From Octopus bimaculoides (lineage: Eukaryota), in assembly GCF_001194135.2 (NCBI RefSeq), contig NC_069002.1:7953828-8017827 (forward strand): a stretch of 64,000 nucleotides of DNA, given 5' to 3'. Positions 27,091-41,551 of this stretch are shown here, piece by piece; positions within the stretch are counted from its first letter, which is position 1; each line of letters starts with the position of its first letter. The notes below the pieces were generated by a model that had not been told where the DNA came from, searched no databases, and worked only from the letters and a program-made list of their open reading frames with translations. Both the position numbers and the translations under genes were made by a program.

Positions 27091-28229
27091 TTGAAGTTTA
27101 TTAACGAAGAAGCAATTATGTCTTGGCTTTCTCATCGTAGTTACTTGGATTTAATAAAACTTTTGTTTAAGATACTTAATACTACTTTGGCCTTTAACAA
27201 ATACAGGATATGGACTAAAGAAATAGTGGAATGACACGTCTCTACTTTGGTTTCAGAATTAAACACCCTAATATTGTTCACATAACATCAATATTCGTTT
27301 GCATATGGGAATAATCTTGACTTCTAAATAAACCCCCAATATCTCAACGAACGATATACCAAACAGCATTTGGTGTAAGATTATGTACAGTATCATTTAT
27401 GTTGATTTTTCTTGATCCAGTCAAATGTCTAAAATAAGGAATAAAATAACATATGTGTGTGTATATTTGTGTATACACGACGGTCTTCCACTCTGTTGCC
27501 ATCTACAAAATTTACTCATAAGGATTTGATCGGCCTAAGTCTATTGTACGAGTCACTCATAACGCCGTGCAGTAGGATTGCTCACGAGACCACGAATCTG
27601 CAAAGCAATCTCCTTAACCACACAGCCACCACAGCTTATATGTAACTTATAACACATTACTACATTTCACTTTACACTCAATGTTTAAATACACGTAACG
27701 TCTCCTGTAATGATAAACCTAAAAATGTTTTAGGACCATCGAACAATTTAACTACAGATATATTGACAGTGTACAGCAGACTCATTCAGGAATATGCAAA
27801 CAGAGAGAGATTATATAACGTCCATAAGAAGTGACTGTATTCCAACTGAAAATAAAACCGGTTCAATATCATGGTTCCACAGGGAAGATGGATATATTCC
27901 AGGTGTTCGTTTATAAACAGAACATTAGTAAATGCCAAGATACTTTGCACGGTGTTGTCCAGTAGTATTCTTGCAGTAAATTGTTTTTAGAATAGGTTGT
28001 GTGGTTAAGAAACTCACTTTGCAAACATGTAATAACGGATTCGGTGCTCCTACGCGGTAGCTTAGTCATGTTTGGTCTTCTACTATAGCTACGGATTCAC
28101 TAATGTCTTGTGGATCAATTTGATTGATAGAAAGTGTGTCAAAGCTTATATGTGTGTCTCTCTGTTATATTATATTATGTTATATTATGTCATATTATAT
28201 TATATCATATTATATTATATTATATTAAG

Positions 28230-28440
28230 ACAGTGATCTGACAGAATGTTTAGCACGCTTGGCGATATTCTTAAAGGTATTTCGTCTGTCGCTACATTCT
28301 GATTTCAAATTCCGCTGAGACCGCCCTTGCCTTTCATCCTTTCGGGATCGATAAATTAAGTACCAGTGAAGAACTGGAGGTCGATGTAATCGACTAGTCC
28401 CCTCCCCGTCTATTTTTGGTCTTGTGCTTTTAGTAAAATA
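28230..28440 (+). mobile_element. SINE family A
   Basis: gacagaatgtttagcacg...ttctgatttcaaattccgc...ttaagtaccagt...gtcgatgtaatcgactagtcccc. Confidence 0.75.
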
Positions 28441-28441
28441 T

Positions 28442-28481
<40 letters not shown>

Positions 28482-29999
28482 ATAACTGGTGTTGGTTTGC
28501 TTATATCCCCGTAACTGAACAGTTCGACGAGAATGGTTAATTGGATAAGTATCCAACTTGAAATATATAAGCACTAGATGTCATAGACGATTGTTTATTG
28601 TAAACAAATAATTGTTCCTGTATATTAGCTCACTTCCTCTGTGAAACCGATATTGTCTGTACTGTTGCATGCTGTGCCACACGTCAGATGTCGAAGTAAA
28701 CGCAGAGCAATGCGGCGTGAAGTGCTTTGTTCGCAAACACAAATACACCGCCCGGTCCCGGGCTCGAGTCTGTGAACTCGAGTTCGTGAGTCCAACACCT
28801 TAACTATTAACCCACGTGCCCTTATCGTCTCACATTACCCACCTAATAAATAACATATTTTGTGTAGTCATCCGTAACCCAAGTATAGAGAGGAACAAAG
28901 ATACAACCATGGCTATGATATATATACTAAGATTATACTTAAGGTATCCTTCGCTGTCATTAAGCCTTTAAAGATTTGCTTTTATTTGCTTTTCATTCAG
29001 CCATTGGCTCTATTCAGTCTCCATAATATATAGATTTCACGACTGACTAGGAAGCTCGGAAAACCCAAATGAAATATTAAACGGAGAATAAAATATAGTT
29101 AAATGCAATTAGCTCATTATTAGAGAGCATATTATGTAAGTGCTAAAAGAGACAGCGAAGAGTATAAAGTTACTGCCAATAGATGCTTCCCTATTTACTT
29201 CCATTCATCATTGCTCTGTGATTATCATCTATGTACTTTATATTACTTAATACTATTAAAGGCCAGTAAAAAATAAAGATATAGTATCAGATAACGGAAG
29301 ATTAAATATATGGAAGACACAAAGGGAAATAAATTTGAGAAAGAGGGAAAACATGTAACGTTCTGAAATAGCATAAAGCAGGTAATAACATTTGTGAATT
29401 AAACATATCCGTGACAAGTGAGTAGAGGAGAACGCTAACGTTTCAAAGCGGATTTTTCTTTAAAGATTCTTATTCTAAGATGTAAAGGGTTAGAGTTAAT
29501 GTGAGCTGGAAGGTTTCAAACAAGGTTTCGTCACATGTGAAGAAGGGAATTTTCTGAATGATTTTCAGTGGAAGAAATACATATATAAATATAATCTTTT
29601 ACGTGTTTTCGTCATTTGACGGCAACCATGCTGGGGTACCACCTTAAAGGATTTTAGTCGAAGAAATAAATATATATATATATATATATANNNNNNNNNN
29701 NNNNNNNNNNNNNNNNNNNNNNNNNNNNNNNNNNNNNNNNNNNNNNNNNNNNNNNNNNNTACTCTTCGAAACGCCTGTGTTAGAATGGGGGGTAGCTGAT
29801 GAAGGAAAATGTTCTCTGTGTCCTGTGTTTGTTCTGTACTCTGATTATTATTTTTTTTTTATCTACGTTTTGTTTGCAATGTCCTGTACCCAGATATGCA
29901 CCAATATACACAGGTAGACGTAGGTATGCACATACCTGTATGTATATATGCATATACTCACTTATTATTTATTATATATATATATACACACACACATAC

Positions 30000-30160
30000 G
30001 ACAGGCTTCTTTCGGTTTCCGTCAACCAAATCCACTCAAAAATCTGTGGTTGACGCGAAGTTGCAGCAGAAAATATTTGCTGAAGTTGCTACGCGGTGGG
30101 AGTGAACCAAGAAGCAGGTGGTTGCGAAGCAAGTTTCTTGCCAATCAACCACATCCGCGC
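30000..30160 (-). mobile_element. SINE family B, 5' part
   Basis: cgacaggcttctttcggtttccgtcaaccaaatccactca...gaagcaagtttcttgccaatcaaccac is the reverse complement of the family-B head. Confidence 0.65.
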
Positions 30161-30885
30161 TTATTTCGACAAAAATATTTCGAAAGCCCCGTGCATAATT
30201 TACATAATTATGCATAACTTAAATATACTTGCATATGTATTACTACCCTTCTAAGAATGTGTCACTATGTAAGTGTGGGTGAAGGAGACCATTTTCTTTT
30301 GATATATTTTACACAAAGCTCTTAATTCAGAGTTAATTACATATAAGTAATATTTATGGAAATTGCTCAAGTACATAACCCATCGAGGTCTCGTGAATAC
30401 ACTCACACATGAATACTCACATACGCATACATTAACACACACGCATACATGCGCACACGAGAGCGCACANNNNNNNNNNCGCACACGAGAGCGCACACCG
30501 TACAGACAGAAACACGTCTGCTTTTGAAGAGTTGCACAGACAAGAATGTATTGAATCGGTTTTCCAAGCATCGTGTGCGTAATTGAGGAAATATAATTGT
30601 GTTATGTAACTGATAAATTTGCATAATGATTAAACATTTGTTAGATATGATCTGTTTCACTCACATAGTACACGTCTATCTTTTTCGGTGCATATATGCA
30701 TATGTGTGTGCATATATACATATTCACGTATGTGTGTATACATTTATCTACTTATGTCTGTATGAATGTATGTATTTATGTATGTATGTATGTGTGTATG
30801 TATGTACATGTATGTGTGCATGGTTGTGTGTATCTGTGTAAGTATATATGCATGTATATATATATATAAATATATACAAATACAC

Positions 30886-30916
<31 letters not shown>

Positions 30917-30961
30917 CACATGCATACTTATATATATGCATATATACATATATATATGTAC

Positions 30962-30993
<32 letters not shown>

Positions 30994-31033
30994 GCATATA
31001 TACATATATATATGTACATGTGTATATATAGAA

Positions 31034-31065
<32 letters not shown>

Positions 31066-31071
31066 ATACAA

Positions 31072-31110
<39 letters not shown>

Positions 31111-32539
31111 CGCGCCTGTGTATATATATGTGCACACACATGACAGCAGTATTTTCTGCACATATCTTTTTTCATATCTTATTCATTTTTAGTCTCACAA
31201 ATGCTTGCAATGCATTCACATTCGTTTGGTGTGTCACATGAAAGCTAGGTTTCCGCGTTGACATTTGTGATATACAGACATACAAATGGCTGTTACATCT
31301 GTATGATCTCAAAGTCACGTTATACAGCATATGATCTCGAGATTAATATGTGAAGTGATCCGTATGAATTATGGGCCAATTGAAACGTTAATTATATTTG
31401 TGTAAAACAAAACAAAAAAAGCAACAAGGATTAAAACAAAAATGCCAACGCAAAATACATCTGATTTCCGTTCTGATAGCATTCTCTTCTTTTATCCGTT
31501 TACGAGTTCTTAGTCTTTGCTCAACGGCCATGCTGGATCACAGCTTATATGATTTCGAGTTCATAAATCTAAAGTACTTTCTTTCGTTCGTATTCTCGTT
31601 TTATCGATTAGGCACGACTGAGTGGTTAATCGTCTTGCTATGAAACGATACGGTTTCGGTTTCACTCTAAGCATAAGGCATTTTGGGAGGCATCTTCTAC
31701 AACAGCCCCATTGTCATACCAGGGGCTATAGAGTGCGAATTTCACAAGCAGAAACTGCGTGGACGCCCATCATGAGTATATGTGTGTGTATGTGCGTTAT
31801 ATACATATAGGAAGCAAAGCGTACTATTTTTAGCTAATCTGGCTGGCGGCAGGTCCTAGTGCTTGTGACACTTTGTCTAATTGCAGTACCTTGTTAATCC
31901 ACTCATATAATAGATAGATTATATGAGTGATTATAATAGATGAGTGATTATGATAGTTACCAAATGCTTTTTAACAGTCTAACTATATAATAGCCAAGTT
32001 TTTCCCACACTTTATTGCTCCTCCGTGAATCATTTTGTTAACTAGAAGGGGTTCAATACACCAACATATGTCTTTCTCTTGTAGAGTTACAGTATTGTAA
32101 GTGGTACAATAGGAGTAAACTGAGTCAGCAAGTGTACATCTTGTATATGATGTTTCTCCATACTACTGAGCAGTAATTTCTGGTTTATGTATTTTGAGAA
32201 AGATGAGAAGTGATGGCTGTTGACAGCTCTGTGGGTACGTTTAATGTACCCTTCATCCTTTCCAAACACGTCGATAGAAATTGTGATTTTCTAACCAATA
32301 TTCTATAATAAGATCTGAGCCTGGAGATTCCCAGTGTAATATTTCTCTGAAGATGCAAAGCTTGTGTGTACATCTTTTGCAGTATCCGTCTTCTAAAAAT
32401 CCATTCAGATGGGTCATAACTTGATATATTCGTTAAAGGTTCCTTTACAATTTCTTAGATAATTTGTTCTAGCAATCTGCATTCTGAATTAAAATTCTGT
32501 CGAGTAAACTTTAGTTTTCATTGTTGTTATTTTTCTTTT

Positions 32540-32577
<38 letters not shown>

Positions 32578-32767
32578 GAATTTGATACATCTCTCTCACC
32601 TTTCTTTTCATTGCCTTTCCATAAAGCTCAGTCTCCGAGCATAACCTTGCAGACATTAAGCTTAATTCTGTCTCCATCGTTGATGAAAGGAGCTTCATGT
32701 CTAACTATCCTTGTTCTGTAATCGTTTTTCCTTGTCATCTATCTCCCTCTGTATGTATGTATGTATG

Positions 32768-32807
<40 letters not shown>

Positions 32808-32874
32808 CGTTCATATACATAGATATCTACGTATATATGTATATATATACATATACGCAAACTTACACACGCAA

Positions 32875-32912
<38 letters not shown>

Positions 32913-33181
32913 NNNNNNNNNNNNNNNNNNNNNNNNNNNNNNNNNNNNNNNNNNNNNNNNNNNNNNNNNNNNNNNNNNNNNNNNNNNNNNNNNNNNNNNN
33001 NNNNNNNNNNNNNNNNNNNNNNNNNNNNNNNNNNNNNNNNNNNNNNNNNNNNNNNNNNNNNNNNNNNNNNNNNNNNNNNNNNNNNNNNNNNNNNNNNNNN
33101 NNNNNNNNNNNNNNNNNNNNNNNNNNNNNNNNNNNNNNNNNNNNNNNNNNNNNNNNNNNNNNNNNNNNNNNNNNNNNNNNN

Positions 33182-33222
<41 letters not shown>

Positions 33223-34549
33223 ATACACTCACATACATAGGTATATGTCTGTGTGCGCATGTATGTGTGTGTACAAGGAGAATGAGAGAAAGCTAGGAGT
33301 ATCCTATATATATGTTAAAATTGAAAGATAAAATTTTCTCCTCATTGATAGACACCTCTTGGGTGAACATTTATTTTAATGATAATATTTAAATAGTTTT
33401 ATCACTCTGTCTACTTGACATATTAAATTACCTGATTAATTGTTCATTAACACGATCTCAAGTATTGTTTGCTTTAAAATTCACACTTAAGTGTGACAAT
33501 TATATTTGAAGTGGAGAAAAGTCACCCATGATGAGTTCATACCTGATATGGGGAAATTTCTCACAAAGACACGCCTTTGTAAAACAGAGCGTCTTTTTTT
33601 TTTTCTTGTGGAATTAGTCGAGAAATCGACGTGAAGTAATCTTGTAAATATCGAATGATAGATGTGAATCGTGATTTGCCTAAAGTGTCTAATCACGTGA
33701 CAAGCTGCGTTCGCTACAGATTTTACTAAATGACTTTCACATAAGCTAATATAGTAAAATTTCAAACGTGTAGCTCTAAGCAGTAATGAAATTCTTGTTG
33801 AAGAATTTATTGGTTTCAAATTTTGGTACAAGACCAGCATTGTTCTAAATGCTCTGATTTGTGACATTGTTGATACATTTTTGCGCAATTCGCTTTGGTT
33901 TCTTCTTGGCGTGAGGTTGGCATGCGTGGAAATTATATTAAGGGGCACAGAGTGGTAATTATTTTTAAAGCTGGAACTAAGTGTGTGATTCAAACAATTG
34001 AAGATGATCTTTCTTTCGAAGTGGATTAGCTAAGTCTTCGAAAATACTTTTGACCGACCCGCTTTATAAGTCTTTCTTTACAGAAGTCAATATACAACTG
34101 GACACTTTCATATAAGAGCTTGTATGTTTAATTGTTTGGCCTCCTTTAGGCATTTTTGGAGCTCATCTGTAAGTACTTAAATTGTGAATCGACTGACTAT
34201 CATCCCGACAGACGCTCTAGCTGAATTAGTGTCGTGTCCTTTTTCAGTCTAATTGGCCTACATTCAGACTCAGAATCTTGACTATATCCGAGACAAAGGT
34301 CTCACCATCAAGCAAAGGGATCAAAATTTCAGTAGAGAGCGTATCTCCCTTAATTAACGACAACCCTCATCGATGCCTTTAGTCCATGCTATTACAAACA
34401 CTAGGACCATGTCTGCAAGTTAATGTTACTTTCCTAATCCGTCTTGGAAGTTCTGTAAAACATGATGTGCACTGTCTCTCCTTTCATGCGCAATAACAAA
34501 ACAGATCTCATAGACTTCATTTTCGCTATTATAGTCCCTAATAATGCGG

Positions 34550-34730
34550 TGAAATGGAAGAATTCTTACCGCGACGTGAAAAATGCTTAGAAGCATTTCT
34601 TCCATATTTACGTTCTGGGTTCAAATGCCGCCGGGTTCGATAGAATAAGTATTAGTTGAGCACTGGGGTCGATATAATCGACTAGTCCCTCCCCGATAAA
34701 CTTCATGCTTTGTGCCTCTAATAGAAAGAA
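34550..34730 (+). mobile_element. SINE family A (internally deleted)
   Basis: ttacgttctgggttcaaatgccgccg...gagcactggggtcgatataatcgactagtccc. Confidence 0.7.
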
Positions 34731-37214
34731 TTATCGTTAATTTAATTTGTACGTTAAACATAAATCTCATTTTTAAAATATGATCTTAGATTAAAGATTA
34801 TCACTAATGAGTCCACGAAGACTAGGTTTTCCGATTGCCATGTGTTGTATGCCATTAGTGTCAATAAAATTATTAATTATTACCCTGAAAAATTTCTTTA
34901 GCTGCAGTAAAGTGTAGTAGTGAAAACATTTTTTCGTTGTTGTTCTCTTTATTTATTTTTTTTTCTCTAATTTAATATCTTTATAACGCTTACAGATGAT
35001 TTAAAGAGTATATTCTGAAAACTTTCATCTTCATTCTTTGATTTAAATTTCAAACTCATTTTAAATTAATCTCGAAAACCAGTATAACGTGTTTGTTGAT
35101 TTTGATTTCTAGTACATAATTTATATTTGTTTCAGAAGTGACAGTACTTGCTTTGTGATGTGTAGTGTTCGTTTTTTTTAAATGGTTAATATGAATTTCC
35201 CACGATGCAATTAAAACTCTGATTGTTCTTTGAGATTGATGTTAATGGTTAGAAAACTATCACTCTACTTACATATTAACATTTGTACTTTATAATCCTA
35301 TGACACAGTTTTCGCAAGATGTTTCTTCTCTATAGTTGTGATAGAAAGAAAGAAACAATTTCCCTTCATATTCTATCTTATGGCTTTAGATAAGTAATGA
35401 TTGATGTAGTAAAAATACTCGTCTGTTTACTTTCAATGCGATCGGATTAAGTGATGACGTCATAACAGTGAATGAAATTAGTTTTCAAAACTATAGTCAC
35501 TATTTTAATTTTTACTTAATCGATATGTTGTTTTTCTGGGTCCATTGAAAGTTCAACTATCTTTTTATACGCCAGGGCTTAATAATCTATATAAGTTTAA
35601 CTGAACCAACGTGAATACACATATATGTCCTGTATTTATTTGATCAAGGGATGAATGAATTTAAAGGTTAAACTTGGCGGAATTTGAGCTTAAAATGTTT
35701 GGGATTGAGAAACATAAAAACTGCAAAGCATTTGGTCTAATTCTTCACAAAGACCCAGTATTGTCTATGATTATACAAAAATACGTTATTGCTATTATGT
35801 AGTCACAGGTGGGCCTGCCCCTCTTTTATCACATATTATTAACCGTGTTCTCCCTTCCATTTTTAAGACTGCAGAATGTGGTTTTGACGGTTATTATGAC
35901 TGCTATTTCTAGCTAGATGTTCGACCGCATTGTGGCTTCTTTTACCCCGAGATTAGAAACGAAAAGCGGAAGTATATAGTTGCCACATCGACCGTTGATA
36001 TTTCACTGTTATCTCTTTTATGGACGACAGACATACCAGACCAATAGGTCTAATAGTAGGGGTTTCAATCCGGAATATAAGGAATTCTATTAAAGACATC
36101 TAGTCATATAGTCCGACATGCTATTGGCACTACAGAGTCCGGCTGATTTCACCATTTTTTTTCACAACGAAATAACACAGAAAAAAAAATAAACAAAATA
36201 AATGATTTAAAAATTAATAAGTTCTGAATTAAGTTGAAATTTGCAAGAATACAATTCAAATGTTTTTATTGAATTAATTATCTCATAATTATAATTATAA
36301 TATTTCATTTTAAATTTCATTATTTTTATTGATATTTTTCTCATCTCTTATGTTTCTTTTTTTCGTTTCTATTACAATAGGTAAATTAACATATCTGCCA
36401 CAAGTATTTATTTAGCATTGAATTTTATTTATTAGTATTTATTTATAATTTTCCAAATACAGTCTAGAATCTCTCACATTGCCATCAGATATATATGTTC
36501 TCTGGGACGTGGGGAAGGGTCTTTAATTTTTGTCCCTATACATTTTGTTTAGAATCAAGAGTAAATCTTTCAAAGTTTTACTACGTCCTCCACTGGTGTT
36601 ACAGCGAACGTTCGACGAGCAGGCAGCTACGAAAAGAAAGAGAAACAATGAACAAAAAATATAGAGATATAAAGTGAAATAAATTTTTTTAAAAAGTATT
36701 TAATGAAACATTATTTTAAAAATTTCATGTCCTAAGTGTATATCAAATTTTGTAAGTATGTGGGTGTATATGTGTTACTCTTTCTCTCTCGCTGGATATA
36801 TAAAGTATATTCTTCCTTTAATTAATGGGAACAACGAAAAAATTATTCAATCCAACGGAAGAGAAATATTATTTAATATACTCGGGGTTTAAATATTGCC
36901 CAATGATACATGGCACGCAATACAAGCACGCCCGACTACAATACTATCGTTATCATGAAATTTACAACAGCTCAGTTGTGGGAATTAAATTATATATATA
37001 TAGATAGATAGATAGATAGATGTACGTATGTATGTATATATATTGGATTAGGTGGCCCATATTGAGTCCGCTGCTGACGAGGGCCTCAGTATGTTCCCCC
37101 TACCAATCACGGTCTGATGCACAGGCTGTGAATTTAAGCTTGAGTTCATTCTGGTTTTGGTGCGCCTATTCTGCCACACTGGGTTGACAGGGCTTTGTAG
37201 AAGGATGCAGTTTT

Positions 37215-37390
37215 TATACGCATACAAGGGAGTAGTTGAGTCGATTACATCGACTCCATCATTCAGCTGGTATCTATTTAATCAACGGTGAAAGGCAAAG
37301 TCGGCCTCAGCGGAATATGAGCTAAGAACGCGTAAGAACGGACGAAATACAGCAAATCATTTCGCCTGGTGTGCTAGCGATTCTACCAGC
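37215..37390 (-). mobile_element. SINE family A
   Basis: gagtcgattacatcgactcc...aggcaaagtcggcctcagcggaat...gtgctagcgattctaccagc. Confidence 0.7.
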
Positions 37391-37570
37391 CCCCGAAAGG
37401 CCTGCATTGAGGCCCAACATTCCGAGTTCTTTGACAGGGCTTAAATAAACTGAAGGACTGCTGCAATAAGTGTGTGTATCTGAGAGGGGAATATGTTGAA
37501 TAAAATCATAATTAACTGATCCTTCCCTATTTTCTTTTAACCAAAGCCAGGAACTTTCAGCACTCTCTTC

Positions 37571-37575
<5 letters not shown>
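37385..37575. mobile_element. Mariner-type terminal fragment
   Basis: Minus strand reads GAGAGTGCTGAAAGTTCCTGGCTTTGGTTAAAAG...GATTTTATTCAACATATTCCCCTCTCAG next to a TA-rich site, resembling mariner element ends. Assignment is from pattern recall only. Confidence 0.55.
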
Positions 37576-37601
<26 letters not shown>

Positions 37602-39040
37602 AGCAGTACTAATTTATTACAATAAACACATGCACTTCTACACACCTGCACACGTAAAGTAATGAACTGTTTAAATAAATAACACTCGAAAATATGATAA
37701 TGAAAGAAGTCTATGAACGAAGTAAATCAGAGAAAAAAGGAGACCAAGAGTGGGAGAGAGAGAGAGAGAGGCAGAAAGAAAAATAAGAGAAGTTAATCAA
37801 AAATGCTTCCGCAAAAATCCGAAGAGCGCTAGTGTATGTTTCTTGACTCCGTGATTAAGTGTGTGTGAGTGCGTGCGTGTGTGTACGTGTGGGGTGCGCA
37901 CACGTGTGTATACATGCATATCGTTTTTATTTCTCTCTATCTATCCATCTATCTACCTGTTTGTGTGAGCTTATTTATCTATGTACGTATATGTGTCTGT
38001 GTGTATATGGTGGTTGCATTCGTATATCTATTTGTATTTGTATAGCAGAAAATTTAATCAGTGGCGTATGCTTTTCTCCTAAACTACAGAAATAATATAC
38101 ACGCTTGCTGATAGATAATCTCTGATAATCTCATGCATGTGTACAGCAATGTGATGAATCAGGAATTGGGAATATGCAAAAGTTTGGGAAACATAATTGA
38201 ATGCTGGAATCGGAATTATAAAAGAGGAAGTATATTTGTTACAATACAAAACTTACGATTGTAACTTTGTTACAATCTGAAAACTTCGAAGTTGCAAAAG
38301 TGCCAATATTTTATCAAAATATCTATTCGACGTCTCCATATATTTCGATATATGGTAGAATTCTAGAGATATTTTTGGCTAAGAATTCCTTATAAATTAC
38401 ATTTATCTTAATTATTCTTTTGCAATTTGAAATTTTGTTTGCAATTTGACAGCATGTCATAAAGGTAGCTTTCGTGGCCGGTCAAACTGTATTTTTTAGG
38501 ACAGTGGTAATCGTAAACAACAATCATAATGTATGTGTATACGTATACATATGCAGTCACACAAAAACACATGCACAAACATATATACTATTATCTGTGT
38601 ACACATGTATTTATATGATGGTGCTAATATGTTAGCCATTGCCTGGGACAATTCTGGCTAAAACATATCTAAGTATATATCGGCATCATCAAACTCCACT
38701 AAATGTCACGTATTCCGAAAGGTTTTCAAGTAATGAATGTATAAATATGCATGTATATATACACACATTAATAGACACAATATATGATTTTTTGTGCTGC
38801 TATTAGTTTCATGGGTGGAAAACAAGCTTCTTATGACATGTCGGCATTGCCTGAAGATTGCAATAAGGAACCAGGCATGAAACTAATAGTGGCCCATAAA
38901 ATCATGTGTGTTTATTAAATAATATTTGTCTCTCACTGCATGGAGTACATATTTTTCTTCACGGGACAGAACACTATATGTGTGTGTGTATGCATGTATT
39001 ATGTAGATAGATGGATGTGTATACGTATATATACATATCT

Positions 39041-39081
<41 letters not shown>

Positions 39082-39725
39082 TGTGTGTGTGCGTGCACGC
39101 GTGAGTGTGTGTATGTATGTATTAATATGTATGTCCTTCTAGACTATTCGTGGGTCAAAGGGGCACGCAATATCTGTTATATTGCATTACGTGGTTCACC
39201 ATCATCACCATCACCATTTGCAACTTCTGAGAATTGTCCCATTTGGTTTTAATACGACACGTAGTTCTCTAAGCGTTTATGAATATTTATCTCCATACCT
39301 ACTTCGCCACTCTTCCCCTCTAACTATGAGAGTGAATAAGCATATGGCTGCCTACCACTATATACGGGTGTGTGTGTGTGTGTTTAACATGCTATTCCGT
39401 ACGTACGTTGTGTTTAAGAATGTACGTCTTTCTATGAATGCTTTATTTTCGTAATACTTCGTAGCTTTGTTTTGGTTACGTTCTTTTTCAATTCAATTCA
39501 AACATTGTTTCCTAATCTTTATTGAGGCTTCTAAGTAAATTGCAATTTTTCTTTCTTTCTGAATTTAATTAGTAAATTCCATGCACATGTACTTATGTAC
39601 GAATATATACACATCTAAACAACATGCATTTACAATCGCACGCACTCACATACACAGGCAAACGCACACACATATACATACATATATATTACTGAATATT
39701 TATATATTTTATAGCTTTTCATCTA

Positions 39726-39775
<50 letters not shown>

Positions 39776-41229
39776 NNNNNNNNNNNNNNNNNNNNNNNNN
39801 NNNNNNNNNNNNNNNNNNNNNNNNNNNNNNNNNNNNNNNNNNNNNNNNNNNNNNNNNNNNNNNNNNNNNNNNNNNNNNNNNNNNNNNNNNNNNNNNNNNN
39901 NNNNNNNNNNNNNNNNNNNNNNNNNNNNNNNNNNNNNNNNNNNNNNNNNNNNNNNNNNNNNNNNNNNNNNNNNNNNNNNNNNNNNNNNNNNNNNNNNNNN
40001 NNNNNNNNNNNNNNNNNNNNNNNNNNNNNNNNNNNNNNNNNNNNNNNNNNNNNNNNNNNNNNCATACATATATACTATATATATACATACATATATACTA
40101 TATATATATATATATATATACTTACATATATACTATATATATATATATATATACTTACATATATACTATATATATATATATATATACTTACATATATACA
40201 TACATATATATATTTACATATACACTGTATACATATATATATCTATATATATATATATATATATACATATACACTGTATACATATATATATTATATATAC
40301 GTTGATACATATACACACACACAAACATATATATTGTATTTCTTTAGAATTATATATTTGATCGTATGTATTTGCGATATTAGCATGTTAAAAAATAAAA
40401 ATTTATTCCTGGCGGGGATTGAAAGTAATTTAAATCAATAAGTAGCAGAATCGGGATAAGAAAAATAAATGTAATTGTAATTAAGAAACTTCTTTATTTT
40501 CTGCTGGCAAAAAATAAAATGCTTAAACTGTTGATTAATAAATAACAACAATAAGAGAACTGATAGCGATATATCAGTATGGAGAAGGTAACAACTGCAA
40601 GGGTAGCACGGACAATGTTGCGAACAGTAACGTTAGCAACACCATTTACATGGTGAACAAAAAAACATCTTAAGAGCACCATAATGATTTTCAACAGCAA
40701 CAATATGATATAAGTATGCATGTACATAATATATATGTATATATGTATGTATGTACATAATATATATGTATATTTGTATGTATGTACATAATATATATAA
40801 AACAAATTGGATATGTGCATCATATATGATAATAGACATTAGTGAGATATGTGACAAATAATTCAGAGGACATGCAAAGAGTACGTTTTATCTATTGCTG
40901 CTGTGCCGAATGTTATGTCAGCGAGATTATGCTGTGAAGTTCATTCATATCAGTAAGAAAAGGAGAAACAACAGGAAAATCTCACAGGCAACTAAACATT
41001 CAACAACAATAAAGAATTTAGACGTTCAACAAGTGAATGAACACAATGCACAAGGGTGCAATTAGTGGAACTGCAGCTATAAACCGACCCGAATTTGTTT
41101 GTAAAATCTAACAAGACAAGCAATCTCTACTTGATAAGTCAAACTTCTTACCACTATCTCTAAGTCGATCTTTAAGACATAAAATCTCTGTGTGTTGGCG
41201 TGTACACACACACACACACACACATATTA

Positions 41230-41551
41230 CTAGCTGGTACTTTGTCGGTTACGTCGACGAGGTTGATCCGATCAATGGAACAACCTGCTAGTGAAATTAA
41301 TGTGCACGTGGCTAAGCACTCCACAGACACGTGTATCATTAGCATAGTTCTCAGGGAGAGTGAGCGTGACACAGAATGTGACAAAGCTGACCCATTTGAA
41401 TTACAGGTACACCTCACTTTTGCCAGCTGAGTGAACTGAAACAATGTAAAATAAAGCGTCTTGCTCAAGAGACACAATGCGTCACCGGTAATCGATCTCA
41501 CGAACTTACAATCGAATACCCAGTACCTATAACCACTAAGCCACATGCCTT
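41230..41551 (-). mobile_element. SINE family C, near full length
   Basis: Reverse complement has the head ggcatgtggcttagtggttatagg...gttcgtgagatcgattaccgg and a 3' domain (gtgtctgtggagtgcttagccacgtgcacattaatttcactagcaggttgttccattgatcggatcaac) shared with 59425-59810. Confidence 0.8.

Noticed and set aside
32100-32700. Possible LINE C-terminal remnant (…RRILQKMY…)
   Set aside because: Similarity too short and interrupted to call.
33487-33993. 168-aa minus-strand ORF in intron 2
   Set aside because: No domain similarity or splice signals, and its 5' portion overlaps SINE-like sequence.
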